Source of the DNA: Adineta vaga
Taxonomy: Eukaryota > Animalia > Rotifera
NCBI GenBank assembly: GCA_021613535.1
Contig: CP075492.1
Span: 1 to 64,000, forward strand
DNA length: 64,000 bases
Direction of reading: 5' to 3'
Positions 49,677 to 62,715 of this stretch are shown here, one piece after another. Within the stretch, counting starts at the first letter, position 1. Every line of letters starts with the position of its first letter. The notes beneath the pieces were generated by a model. It saw only the letters and a list, made by a program, of their open reading frames with translations. It had not been told where the DNA came from and did not search any database. Made by a program: the position numbers and the translations under genes.

Positions 49677-50636
49677 ATGGCGTCAAGAATACGAACTACA
49701 AACGATCAAAATGTATTAGTCGCTGGTATATCTGCGATTATGGGTGTTTCTCTAAAATCATCATCATCATCATCTGTTAGCAAATCAGTAGAAGAGGAAA
49801 AAGTTTCACTATTAGATTATCATGATAAAACATATTCGTACGGTCAAGTAGGAGGTGATGCATCTACGAAAAAAGATTCCAATCGTACAGCTTCTCAAAT
49901 AGAAATATATGCGAAATTGCCGAGTGGAAATGAATTAAGACTTAATGTAGATCCAAATGTAACTGTCGAACAAGTAACAAATACTGTACACAACAGTGGA
50001 AATGTATTGACCGATCAAGGACGCATTGTATTTGCCGGTAAAACATTAAAGGATGAAAAACGATTAAATGAATATGGAATACAAGATAGATGTACTGTTC
50101 ATGTATTGAATCGCTTACAAAGTGGAGCTCAATTAGTTTTGGATCCGGCAAGTATGGATCCAAAATATGATTACGATTTTACAAATGTTAATGATAACAG
50201 CGAAGTATTTACAAGAGGTTCAATGAAATATGTTCGACTGTGTGGATGGAAACGTTTCGCAATTAATGTAACTAATAAATTTGAGAATATGGTCTGGTTA
50301 GGCAATGGCAACCAACGTGGCGAATGGCCTGTGTCCTTTCACGGAACCGGTTTTCATCAAACTAAAACCATTGCAATGGATGGTTTTGAATTAACAAAAG
50401 GAAGACAATTTTCATGTGAATATGGTGTATATTCAACACCAGATTTCGAAGTAGCTGAACGATATGCTGTTAAGTTCTCCTATAATAATGATCAATATTT
50501 AATTGTTTTCCAAAATCGTGTAAATCCTAACACATTGATTAAATTATCAGACAATCAAATTGGTGTGGGTGAATATTGGGTCAATCCTACCGACAAAGAT
50601 GTTCGTCCATACGGAATTTGTATAAAAAAACTTTGA
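49677..50636 (+). CDS. Ubiquitin-like domain fused to a NEURL4-type ADP-ribosyltransferase-like domain
   Basis: Ubl: GRIVFAGKTLKDEKRLNEYGIQDRCTVHV. ART-like: GWKRFAIN..GEWPVSFHGT..GVYSTPD..FQNRVNP..DVRPYGICIK. Confidence 0.8.
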   Translation: MASRIRTTNDQNVLVAGISAIMGVSLKSSSSSSVSKSVEEEKVSLLDYHDKTYSYGQVGGDASTKKDSNRTASQIEIYAKLPSGNELRLNVDPNVTVEQVTNTVHNSGNVLTDQGRIVFAGKTLKDEKRLNEYGIQDRCTVHVLNRLQSGAQLVLDPASMDPKYDYDFTNVNDNSEVFTRGSMKYVRLCGWKRFAINVTNKFENMVWLGNGNQRGEWPVSFHGTGFHQTKTIAMDGFELTKGRQFSCEYGVYSTPDFEVAERYAVKFSYNNDQYLIVFQNRVNPNTLIKLSDNQIGVGEYWVNPTDKDVRPYGICIKKL

Positions 50637-51561
50637 TTACTATATATTACATCTGTTTTTATGTTTTAAAACAAAGTTTATAATGGAGAACCTTTCTTTA
50701 CGATCAAAATAATATTAACTGCATTTTAATCTTAATAAATCAAATTTTGAGAGTGGGTGTATGAAGATTACAACAATTCAACGAGTTTCATCAATAAAAT
50801 GTCCTATTCCATGATGTAGAACATTGGAGAATAAGATGATTACTCTAACTTGCCTAATTTGATTTCGAATAAATATTTTACAACATAAAATGCCGGTCAA
50901 GATCTTAATTGAAGAGAAAAACTCACAATTAATATAAACTTAGTTTTTGTATAACGACTAAATAAAATTTTCAGTTTATATTTTATAACATAGATGATGA
51001 TACTTCAAATGATATAGGAAACAAGAAAAAGATAATTTTATCCTTTGATACTTATGTAAACACTTTGATTGAACTACCAGACTATAATTGACATGCACTT
51101 ACCTTTCGCTTCTTTGCTTCTTTTATATGACACTTTGACGTAAAATAATTGTTAGCATATACTCTATAAAACTCAAATGGAAAGTATAATTTCATTATTG
51201 TTGCTGATATGAGAAAGAAAAACAAATCTACTTAAGCAAATCAGTCGAAAGAACAAATGTTTAAAAATATTCGAAAAGAAAAAGGAAATTATTTCCACCC
51301 CCTCAACATGACTATCAAAAGTGAAAAGAGAATAATATATTTTCAGAAAAAAACGAAGAAGTGAAACTTGATATTGAATTTCATGGATGAAAATTATGAT
51401 AGTTGTCATAAACAATTAGTCGATTGAATATATCATTTAGTTTTCGAGTTATTGAAGCAGAAGCATTTTGATCAATGCACTATTTAATAGTAATGTTCTT
51501 TGTTAAATTAAGTTTATATCTATTTATTTTCTTTTAGAAAATTTTATTTTAATGAATATTA

Positions 51562-52520
51562 TTAAGTATGTGGAGATAAAGGATTGATAGTTCGATGAAT
51601 TCGTTTGAGAAAAATTAAGTTCGAGAGTTTTTCTTTTAAATGAGGTAATGTTATAGCAGTAGCATAAGGTAAAATAATTGCTGGAACATTTGCCATATAT
51701 TCAATCAATGTTCTCACATTAGTATCAACATAATAACCATTTATTCTTCGAATAATATTAATAATTGTTAAAGGTAATGCAAAGATAATATATGTAGCAG
51801 AAATTGAGAGAAATTGTAGAATTAGTTTTCGATTTTGTCTCCACATATTAACACGTTGTAAACGACGTTTTTGTAAAATAACTCGTAAAAGAACACTACC
51901 GCTAAGAATAACGATGAGTGGAAATGGAACAAAATTATGACCGAATGTTAAAAATAAACGAAATGATGATGGAAATGAACATGAATACCATGGACCACCA
52001 CATAAATAAACATTTATATTATATTGATGTTCACATGGATAAATAAAAATCATATATAAATAAAAACATGGTGCATAAAGAGCAAATATACTGAGTGGTA
52101 TATAGTGAAATAACCATCGTCCACGTTTAGTATTATGCCAATAGGAATGAAAAATTAAAATATGCCGTTCAAATGATAACCAAATCATTGAAAAAACTGC
52201 ACCAAACCAAATTCCTCGATCTACTATTTGATGAGTGAGACAAAGAATTGGAGTAAATGGTTCATATACACCTAATTTTGTGAAACTTAATACTAATGAT
52301 ATACCTACTGTAAGATAAATAAAATTATCATCGTAGCATGATTATACAAAGCTGTACGTGCTGTTTTTGTAGCCAAAAGATGATAAAATACAAATAAATA
52401 ACAAGGAAATGATATAATTTGACCAAAGAGATTTGATGAGAATGTAATATTTGTCCAATCGGGTGGAAGATAAATATCTTTGACATTGATTTTATTATTT
52501 TCACTCATATTTTCAATCAT
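51562..52520 (-). pseudogene. Rhodopsin-like GPCR with a frameshift near 52320
   Basis: WLSFERHILIFH (TM3), HYIPL, LRVILQKRR..WRQNRKLILQFL; the N-terminal part lies in another frame. Confidence 0.8.
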
Positions 52521-54491
52521 TCGAAGTGATGATTATAAAAATCTACTTTCTTTTTAACTGTTTTAAGAATTATATTTTCTAGAGATAAATCTGTATACAT
52601 GAATGCATCTTTCTTTTTAAATTTATTTCATTTTTATAAGTTTAAGTGAATCGTAAAAAATAAATTATCTTAGAGTATATAAAAAAAATGTCTTCTTCTA
52701 CCCAGGTCAATGTCGCTCGGCCGTAAACGGCCGTGTACCAATATTTTACGACGAAAAACGATCGCCATCCACAACAATCGTTTACGGCAGCCGAATACGA
52801 CGTCTTACGATGTTTTACGCCTATTGTAAACAATGACCATACACGTTCGCCGTTTACGTCTACTGTAATAATACGACACCTGTAAACGATAGTCAGATAG
52901 TACCGTAAGATACCGTAAACGGCAGTTGTAAACGGTGACAGTTTTCCACAGTCGCATACGACCGTTTACGGCCGATTACGCTTATCATAAACAACGACCA
53001 CACACGTTTACCGTCCACGACTACCGTAATAATACGACGACTGTAAACGTGACTCGGATAGTATCGTAAGATACCGTAAACACTAGCTGTAAACATTGAC
53101 CGTTTACGGCAGTTACTTACGATGTTAACAGCCGTTCACGATGAAGACCTGATTCCATTAATTACGGTGCAAATTTTGTTCTTCTCCAGTAGAAGAAATG
53201 AGCTTTCTAGCTTTTTTACACGTCTAGCATAAAGGTAAAAGATTTACATAAAATCTATTGAGAACAACACCGTCATTCCCTTTGTGAAACTGTATGTGAT
53301 CTGAATATTTTCATCCGGTTTTTTATAGATATATCAAAAAAAATAAAAGACTTGACAATTTCAAACTTTTCACAAGTCTGCTCTATTCAAATAAACTTTG
53401 TTCTAATACATTATTTTAGGTATGGAAAATAACGAATGTAATAAGCAAATGCTAGATCTCACTTTGATAAGTCTTTCATTTAAGGCAACTTTCTATAAGA
53501 TATGAAGTGAGATAGTTTATTGGCGGCATTTTGTGAATAGGCTAGTGAAACAGGACATGCAAGCAAGTTTTAGCTAGTCCAATACACATCAACTGGACAT
53601 GATTTGCTAAAAATCGTATTGAATTCAGCCATGATTTCTATTTGATTTTAAAAAATTTCAGGCATAGATTTCAATTGATTTAAATTCCTTTTCTTTACTG
53701 TAACAATAGACTTCATGTAATTTCAATGGAACTTCTCTACTGATAAAGAAAGCAATTAGTAAAGCTGCTTGGTAATTAAGTTTATATAATATTTTATCTA
53801 ATAGTTCATGGTCGGTTCGGTTAAATCATTCATAACAATATTCGATTGATTCATCTATTTTTGATTCACATCTTTAGAAACTCTTACAAAAAAAGTTCTT
53901 TGAAGTTATTATACGATACGTCGTTTAAGATTTAAATGCTTTTTTAATTGTCTTCAACATGATTTTGTTGGTCCATCACGGATGGATATCAGAATTAAGG
54001 CGCGAAACTTTTGTGTTCGTTTCACAAAATAACTTTGTAGAGAAACAAGCATCAGTCAGAGTGCTTTATGAAAAGTGAAAATATCTGAAGAATATCCAAT
54101 TTACAATCGTATTGATTAGAGTAAATTTTACTGACTATATAAAATATATTTCAAAAAGTTTTGTTCTTCTGGTAGTATCATTTCTACATATAAACTATAT
54201 ATATATCACAGTTGTCTTAAATATCCCAGTCATCACTCTAGAGCGACATCTACCGTTCGATGCTATATATGGACTTACCAATGATATTCCGAATTAGAAG
54301 ATAGAAAAACCAGATAGCACTTTCATATAAAAGCCTCGAGGGAAATTAATTCATAAAATTCAAAAGTTTTAAAGGATTTCTCCTTTTTTGTCGAGTACTC
54401 ACTAATCATGCTATTGCTCACAAATATTAAGTAAAAGTAGTAGAACATTCTATCATTTTTGTGATGTGTTATAATCATTGATTTAGATCAA

Positions 54492-57400
54492 ATGGACGTA
54501 GAACTTTCGTTGTTTATGGAACTTGCTGAAGATCGCAATGAACGGCAACGTTTAATAAGAAATAATCTTGGTCGAAAACAAAGAAATCTCAATCTCATTA
54601 ATGGTCTATCGCTTTATGTTCATCCAGAAAGACAAAAATCCACTGAATATAATATGTCAAACAATGAAGCAATATGTACATCAGAAACAAGTGATACAAT
54701 TCATGATGATTATAACATTGATTTTGATCTTATCCCATTAGCGGATTTTATTGACAATTCAGAAACCGATGACTTACATGATGATGAATCAGTTGATAAT
54801 TTCAATTTCATCAATGAATGTTTTTTATCAAACAATACACAACTTGTCCCATCTCTTCATCCGTACACTCATATATCCACCAAGGATTTTTGCACGAATC
54901 TTCTTCGTGCTTTTCGACAAGCAAACTTATGTAAAACATATTCAACAATTATTTTGAAATTAATCAACTCAGGTTTGCCACAACCAAACAATTTACCAAC
55001 ATCTTTAAACTCACTTACGAAATATATGTGTGGTAAGTTATTGATTTTGATTAAATAACGAAATTGCTAGTCTTAAACGTGAACCAAATACCGGATATTT
55101 TCTCATTCCTTTTTACGTCCTCTTGTTGTTTATTTAGTCGAAAATTTATTTGCAAAAAAGAAAAATATGTTTATCATGTCAATATGATATTGAATATTCT
55201 GCTACATTTTGTTTTAAATGTAATTCAAGTGACAAAACTGAATTTGCCAACGTTTATGATACTGATTATGCTGTAGTATTTAGTGAAATAGTCGAACGAA
55301 ATATTGCTGATATAGCTAAATATCGTGAAAAGATATTAAGTGAAAAATATGATAATATAAATAATGATATTCCATTTCAGAAGGTTAATCGTTCGCTTTT
55401 AAAAACTATCGTTCATCAGCCATTTATTAGTACTTTAATTCATCTCGATGGTATTCCATTGGCCAATTCAAGTAAACTAACATTATGGCTTCTTTCGAGC
55501 TCCATTCTAGAACTACCACCTCATCTACGTAATCAAAGACAAAATATGATTATTCTTTCAATGTGGATTGGAGATCAACAACCAATCATTAAAACATGGC
55601 TACGTGAATGTATTCCAAATTTAAATAAGCTTAAATCTTCAGGTATGTAAATCAACAAGATATTGTTTAATACTAACTTCAAAATATGAATTTTATTTAA
55701 GGTGTTCATTTTATGCGACTCTGAAATAATGTAGTTTATTTCTATAGCTATCTCACTGCATGAAAGGCCTCGGTAAAACTTTATTCAAAAGAACATTAGG
55801 CGATTCACTTCTTTCCAAAGATTTTTTAAAAGTTGATTCTATGAAATTCGATCATAATCATGTAACGTAATGTTCAGAGGTCCCTTTTCTTCAACATTAA
55901 ATAAATTTATCTGCAAGTGTCTGTTGTTGAAATAAGCCATTTTATTTGACATTGATTAGAAAAAAGTATGCTGAACAATGTCATTCCTTATCGACTATCA
56001 GTTTAAAATGTTTTCTATAAATCGAGAGAAAGCAAAAGCATCCTTATTTGTCTTTAATATTTACTAGAATATGTGAAATTCATTTCATTTGCAATGTTAT
56101 AATATTTCATAAACAAAAAGATGTTTGATTCTATATAATTTACCTTGTAATTTAGGCTTCTCGATTCGTAACGGTGAAGAATGGCATGTTTATTTTCTTG
56201 GATTAATTGGAGATTGTCCAGCTATTAAACTCGCATTAAATCATATTGGTAATAATGGATATTATTCCTGTTGGTTTTGTAAAATTAAAGGTATCCATAT
56301 GAATAATAAACGCCAATATCATTATGAAGAAGTTCCTACTATGAGGAGCATTAATAGCTACAAAAATGAATCAAAAGAAGCAGAAATTACCCATGAAAAT
56401 AGGTAAAAACAATATTCTACAAGCTAGTGTCTTTCTAACTTGCATATTTTGACTATCCACAGCATACAAATGAGGCATAGATAGACGTTGTGATACAAAC
56501 TATTCGTCTTTTAGAGCAGCAGAAATAAAACATTTATTGTTCTATGCCTTAATACCTATATTCTATCAACATCTTCCTGTCAATAAAGCTGCTCATATTG
56601 CTCTTTTCGTTTGTGCAATTCGTGTAAGTTTTTTTTTATATTATAGAATTATTACTTTGCTCTTTGTAATCTTATAACAGATGCTTCATGGGCCAAAATT
56701 ATTTGGGGATGAAACTGGTCTTTTAGCACATGATTTACTATCAATATATTATAAAGATCATTCGAAATATTATGATAATCTAGAAAATTTAGTTCTACAT
56801 TTGCACACACACTATTTGACTCAATATTCAAATTATGGTAGCTTAAATAACACAAATTGTTTTGCACAAGAAAGTTTACTTGGTGCATTTGCAAAAAATA
56901 AACATGGTACTCGTGAATGGGAGATTTACTGGCGCACTATTTCAATATTAGTCTTTTTGTAAGCTATATGGCATTTTGTACTTTTTTTACCTTTAGATTG
57001 ATTTTTCTCTACAAAAACTAATCAATCAACAGGAAATTGATCATGTAAATCATAGTGAAGGACCTTTTGATGTAGCACGTCTATCAATCAACAATATAGA
57101 TAAACTGCTGTCATGGCATAAAGGTGTATGTAATTGTAATCAACCTACAATGTGTATTGTTATCTATCATCGTTGTGTAATTAGAAGTCAAACATATCAT
57201 TCTCTTTCTTATCCAAAACGACAATCAACTAACAGTTATTTCGTAAAATACACTAATGATCGTTGTGACACATTGTTTGGAGCAATTGAACTTTTTTTTG
57301 CATATAAAGGTTCTACTTTGGCACTGATTAATAATTATCTAAGTAAACATCTGTTTTCTGATCTATTTGCTGCTTCTTCTTACCATTCTTCCTTATCAAA

Positions 57401-57551
57401 ATATATCAATACTTACTTTTATATACTTCAAGAAAAACCGTTATTATCTCATTATGTACCAATTGATCAAATATTAAACGTATGCATTGTTTTTGAAAAA
57501 GACAATTTTATTATTGTAACTCCTGTTTCTCAAGCCTATGAACATGACTAA
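54492..57551 (+). pseudogene. CMC/EnSpm-type transposase, multi-exon, apparently internally deleted
   Basis: LPQPNNLP, CLSC..CFKC, HLDGIPL..LWLL..ELPPHLR, LIGDCPA..GYYSCWFC, LHLHTHY..YGSL..CFAQES. The segment expected between 56400 and 56560 is not recognisable. Confidence 0.8.
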
Positions 57552-57777
57552 AGAATTTCATTTATCATTGTTCATTTATCAGACATATAGTACTATTATT
57601 AGCATTTTAGATATTAGAAGATGTTTTCCTATTTAAAGATATATTGGAAGTAAAGCTTCTTTTGAACATTTAAGTAAAAAAAGTAGAATTTCATTTCTGT
57701 GATTGAATGAAATACAACTGAAAATTATTAAAAAAAATCGGTATATTTTACGTGATTTCAGATATTTTTTCTTTAAC

Positions 57778-59423
57778 ATGCAGTCCACAAATATTGAAGG
57801 TCAACGTAAACATGTTCCTCGTAAGATATATACGCCAACTCAACAATCATCAGCTACAATTGCAAAATATTATCTTTTATTTTTCAATGAAACTGAGACG
57901 TATCAGATTGTAGCTAAAAGCAGCATTAAACGTGTTGACGATCATGGAATAGCAACAATCACAGTTCGTAAAAAGCAAATTAAAGCAAATGTTATTCTTA
58001 TTGGTAACCTTTTAATCTAGTTATTCACTTGAATATTATTTACTTTCTTTTTTTAGGTTCTTATGATGAATGTGAAAGGGAAATGAGTAAAAGAACACGA
58101 CTATCTCAACAAGGCGATAGTAAAAACTCTTCTAATTTTTTCTTATATTAGAGAGTTAATATTGTAGATGAAGTTGATGCTGAAAAAAATAATGATTATG
58201 TGGAGAACGATGTAATGATGGTTGATACTCAACATCAAATTTCAACTCAATCTCAATTTCCACATGACGCATTAGCTACGTTAGATTTCGAATCATCATG
58301 TAAATCATTAAACGAAACCTTTGGTCTATATATCTTTTACATCAAATAAAATCTTTTTGTAGCAGAAGCCGATGAAAAGGAGAATGAGCAATACCACGAC
58401 GATGGTGACTTGTCAGATCAAGATGTAGAAGTGATTAAAAACAATAATACGAAAAAGAGAAAATCTACAAATGATCATGTGGGTGAAAAAAGAAAACGAA
58501 TTATTAAAAAAGGTTAATCTTCTATCATATATCTGCTGATATTATTACACATTATTTTGTAGGTGATACACATGAACAGTCTAAAAAAATAGACATAGAA
58601 TCTGAAATAAATTATTCTGGTAATTATTATTGCTACTAGCAATTTTGATAAAAAATGTTTCGTTTACACTAGATATTTCTATTTTGAATACAATTGAAAG
58701 GAAATTCTCTGGACTGGAAAACAAATTGCTTTCTATTGAAAGAAAAAATGATAAAACAATGACCCATTTAAGCAAGAAGATTGATTATTTAACAGCATCG
58801 TCAATATGTGCTAGTTGTTTATTATTCTCCATAGAAAGGATCAAACTGATTTCTAGTATTGGAAATCCGTTTGTTCCTATTGTCTTGTATGAACTATTCT
58901 TCTTTCTTTAGAATAAGATGTTGCTTGATCAATATCGTGATGAGACTAATGAACAGTTTGATAAAGAATTGGTAAAAATTATATTCTATTAAATAAAAAT
59001 AATTTTTTTATCAATAGATGTATGATAATATTAATTTATTAGCAACAGTTTCTTCATCATTTGGTGATTTTGCGCGAAGAACTATGCGAATAGTTTTCAG
59101 TGCAGAAGAGTTAAAAACACAAATTCTTCCTCCTCAAAGATCCTATTTCGCTCGAACAAGTTTGGACGAAAAGAAATTTCAATTAGTGAATGGTATAATA
59201 TCGTTTTATGTATCAATATCACAAAAATATTTTTTATTTTTACTAAGATGCTATTCGTATCAAATTCAAAATTGACAGCAGCAAATATGCAGCATTTTAT
59301 AAAAACATTTTGCGAAGAAAACTATCTGATTTTCTTATTGAAGAACGTCGTAGAGAATTGAAGAGAATTAGTCGAAATCATATTCGATCTCAAAATGCAG
59401 AGAATTCATCTTCTTTAAATTGA
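57778..59423 (+). CDS. Transposon accessory gene, multi-exon, BEN-like C-terminus
   Basis: Many short introns; SFGDFARRTMRIVFSAEELKTQILPP..LDEKKFQLV^AIRIKFKID. Confidence 0.5.
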
Positions 59424-60209
59424 TTCAGTGTAATTACAAGTCAATGATAAATGAGAAGAATGTAAAGCATTTTTTCTCATACTTTTCCACGTATTCTATT
59501 TTATTTTATTCGATTTATATGCCCTTTTTCAATCATTCTATTTCTTCTAGAATTTCTCTGGTATAGCCCTTATCCATGTTTTATTATTTTTCAAAGAATG
59601 AGGAGATTAACATTTGTTTTTCATTATTTGATTTGTAGACATAAACATACACTATCTACTAAAGAATCATCTCATTCAGTATTTCTTTTGATCAAGTAGA
59701 GATACTGTTGAAACTATAATGCTTTTTTTCATCCTCATTCTTGTCTTTCTATCTTTTCATTTACGTTATTGTTTTTATTTGTTATTCCATTCACAATTAT
59801 TTTGCAGATAAAGTTTTTAAGCTGTTAAATGATATCTTTTCCGATTGCTAAATGAAAGTAAACTGAATATATTGCAGAAGATATTTTTTCAATATATTAA
59901 ATCAATGTTTTATTGAAGATCATAAGTGGTTCTGGTAAAAGACATGTGTTCTTCAAAAAGTACATCAAACGATAAAATAAAAAAAGTGAATAAACACGTC
60001 GTAAATAAATGGTATCGATAGGAAATAAAACGAAAACAATCAGGAATAATATAAAGAAAAAAATTTCGAAGAGTTAGAAGGATGATGTATACTACAATCA
60101 TACTTCTCAAAAAGAATCTTCAAGTCAGAAGAAATAAATAGAAAAAAAACTAAAAGTAATGAAAGGTAAACGTTTAAATAAATCAATAAAAAAACTGTAT
60201 TCAAAGTTT

Positions 60210-61260
60210 TTATTCTTCATCTCGACAAAACGATATTTATTGATGTTCACCATCTGCATCAATAACAGTTGCTTTTCGTTTTCTTCGATATGTAATTAGC
60301 GAAAAATAATTCGACATCGATCGGCGAATTTGTTTTTTCGTCAAGACGTCATTCGGATGACATTGTATTGAATAATTTGTACAAAAAATATTTTAAAAAA
60401 TCATGAAAATAAAAGAATTGTATTTACCAATAATATCATTAATAACTGTTGGATCAATATCGGTAAGTTTAAAGTTCAATGGAGGAATGGGGTATAAATA
60501 CTTTAAAATAGCTCGAGCAGTCGTGGTTGAAGTATCTTTTTGTAATCCAGCAAGAATTGTTGGATCAATATTCAATCTATTATTTGATGGTGACATTTTT
60601 TTGTCATCGTTCATACCAACAAGATCATCATTAATATCTTTCATCATGTCATCAACGATATTTTGAACAACTTCTGAATGTTCTGGATATGCTAAACAAA
60701 AACCTGACGTTGTCAACAAAATTAATTCAATTACAGTTTGAATACTCACGCATCATTGTCGTTTCAAGAACTTCGATTCTTTTCTCGATCTCTAGGCATA
60801 TTTTCTTTAACTGAATTAATTCACTAAGATCATTTTCAAGATTTCGTTTTTGTCCACTATCTATTCGACTATCTAAACACAAATGGATAATGGATATTGA
60901 GAGAATACTCAAACTTATTGAATTATATATACATGTACTTGCACGTTCAGAACTTGTATTATTTCCATCGATTTTATTTGAAGCATCATAAAAGATTGTT
61001 GTATCTATTTTTTTTTCATTCGAAAATGGTTCAATATGATGAAATTCTTCTTTCACTATTGAACTAACACGAGGAACATTATTCATAGTCGTCGGTGAAT
61101 TACTTTCAATTGCCAAAGAAAAACTATCCTCTGGTACGTAATCTGGAAATATGCATCTTATTATGATAAAAATCAAATAATACATAACTTACTTTCCTTT
61201 TTCACATTTTCTTTTTCTTGCTGTGGATTTTGACGGTACAATTTCTTTCGAACCATTCTT
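60210..61260 (-). CDS. Second, convergent transposon accessory gene, multi-exon, coiled coil + BEN-like helical domain
   Basis: LKKICLEIEKRIEVLE; STTTARAILKYLYP; KQIRRSMSNYFS. Confidence 0.45.
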
Positions 61261-61960
61261 GACGAAAGACGACAGACAAAAAAACAAAACGAAATAAATA
61301 CTGATAATAATACAGCTATGAAAAATATTGTATAATTTATCTATAAATCTTCACCTGATTATAAGCACAGCACTGTTAATATGACTATTTTTGTACTTAA
61401 CGATTCCGATTAAAGAGTGAAACTGCTTAAGCACTAGAAAAAGGATAAGACTAAAGGTCACAAAGAATATATCGAGGGTTATCTTTATTATACAAACGTC
61501 TGATGTTGAAAAAAATATTTAGCTATCAGAACACTATAAAAAATGGAAACTGACAGTAAATAAATTTCTAATTAAACAAAAACTCCTTTTCGTACAGAAA
61601 AAAATTAAAAGCATCTGAAGCAATCAAAAGATGTCACTTCATTCCAGTCCTTACTAACCACTCGTCGCTAGAAATTCCATACGTTCTTACGTTATTCATG
61701 TGTCGCGAATCCAATTGCTATCCAAAACCATCTGATATATATTTCAAGCAAAAAACTGTCACACATATTTCCTTGACAGATCATAACCATATTTTGTATC
61801 TTCGTCAGGACTTCTTTTAGAATATTCGGAAATCTGATTTCGTCTTTCAGGATTTCATATCGACCCTATATATAGAGGTGCTTTTTTCGTTATTCATCTT
61901 GATTTCAAACTACTAAAAGGTAAGGCTTATACAATCTTTCAACTAGGACGGGTCCTAGTA

Positions 61961-62166
61961 AAATCCGGTGAAATCAGGGTGAAATCAAGGTGAAATCAGG
62001 GTGAAATCCAATGAAATCAGGGTGAAATCAGGGTGAAATCAAGGTGAAATCAGGGTGAAATCCAATGAAATCAGGGTGAAATCCGATGAAATCAAGGTGA
62101 AATCACGTGAAATCAAGGTGAAATCACGTGAAAGCAAGGTGAAATCAGGGTGAAAGACTGAAATCC
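61961..62166 (+). repeat. 10/11-bp tandem array (AGGGTGAAATC variants), about 19 units
   Basis: Directly visible; preceded by the palindrome ACTAGGAC-GG-GTCCTAGT (61942-61959). Confidence 0.92.
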
Positions 62167-62715
62167 TGAGGTAGCATTGGTCGAGTACGGCAGTTTACTA
62201 CTGTTATCAGTCGTTTACGTTGTGATACGATCGTAAACGGTGAGTGGTACGGTCGTGTACAGTAGGTTACGGCTGTCTCACGGTGGATGGTTGGTGTGAA
62301 CGGTGATCGTGATCCGTCGTATACGGTACGGCGTCTTACGGCCGTAACACGGCGCATATTGAAACAGGTGGTTTCCTGGTCGTTTACGACCGTAATTTAG
62401 TCGTTTACGACAGTATACGTCATCGTGAACGGTCGAAAACCGCCGTTTACGATTGTCGTAATGTTCGACCTGGGCAGCTCTACCATTTTTATTCTTATTG
62501 TCTTATATTAATTTGTTTGATTACATATTTAGAATCAACTACGAATAACAAACGAGATAAATCATAAAAGATTAAAATCATCTATATTATTGTTTTGAAT
62601 GTATATTGATCAATTAAACTTTTATCTGTCTTTTCTTTTCGTATTCTAAACTATTCTATTCAATTTCTTGTAGATTTCATTCTATAATATTGTATTAAAT
62701 TCAATTCAATCAGAT

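Larger units (their letters stand above)
52701..62474 (+). mobile_element. CMC/EnSpm (CACTA-like) DNA transposon, ~9.8 kb
   Basis: Terminal CCCAGGTC (52701-52708) and GACCTGGG (62467-62474); dense CGTAAACG/CGTTTACG subterminal repeats at both ends; internal transposase. Flanks TA/CA give an imperfect 2-bp TSD. Confidence 0.8.

Noticed and set aside
52642-53096. Small ORFs in the CGTAAACG-rich region (also 62145-62357)
   Set aside because: They arise from transposon subterminal repeats.
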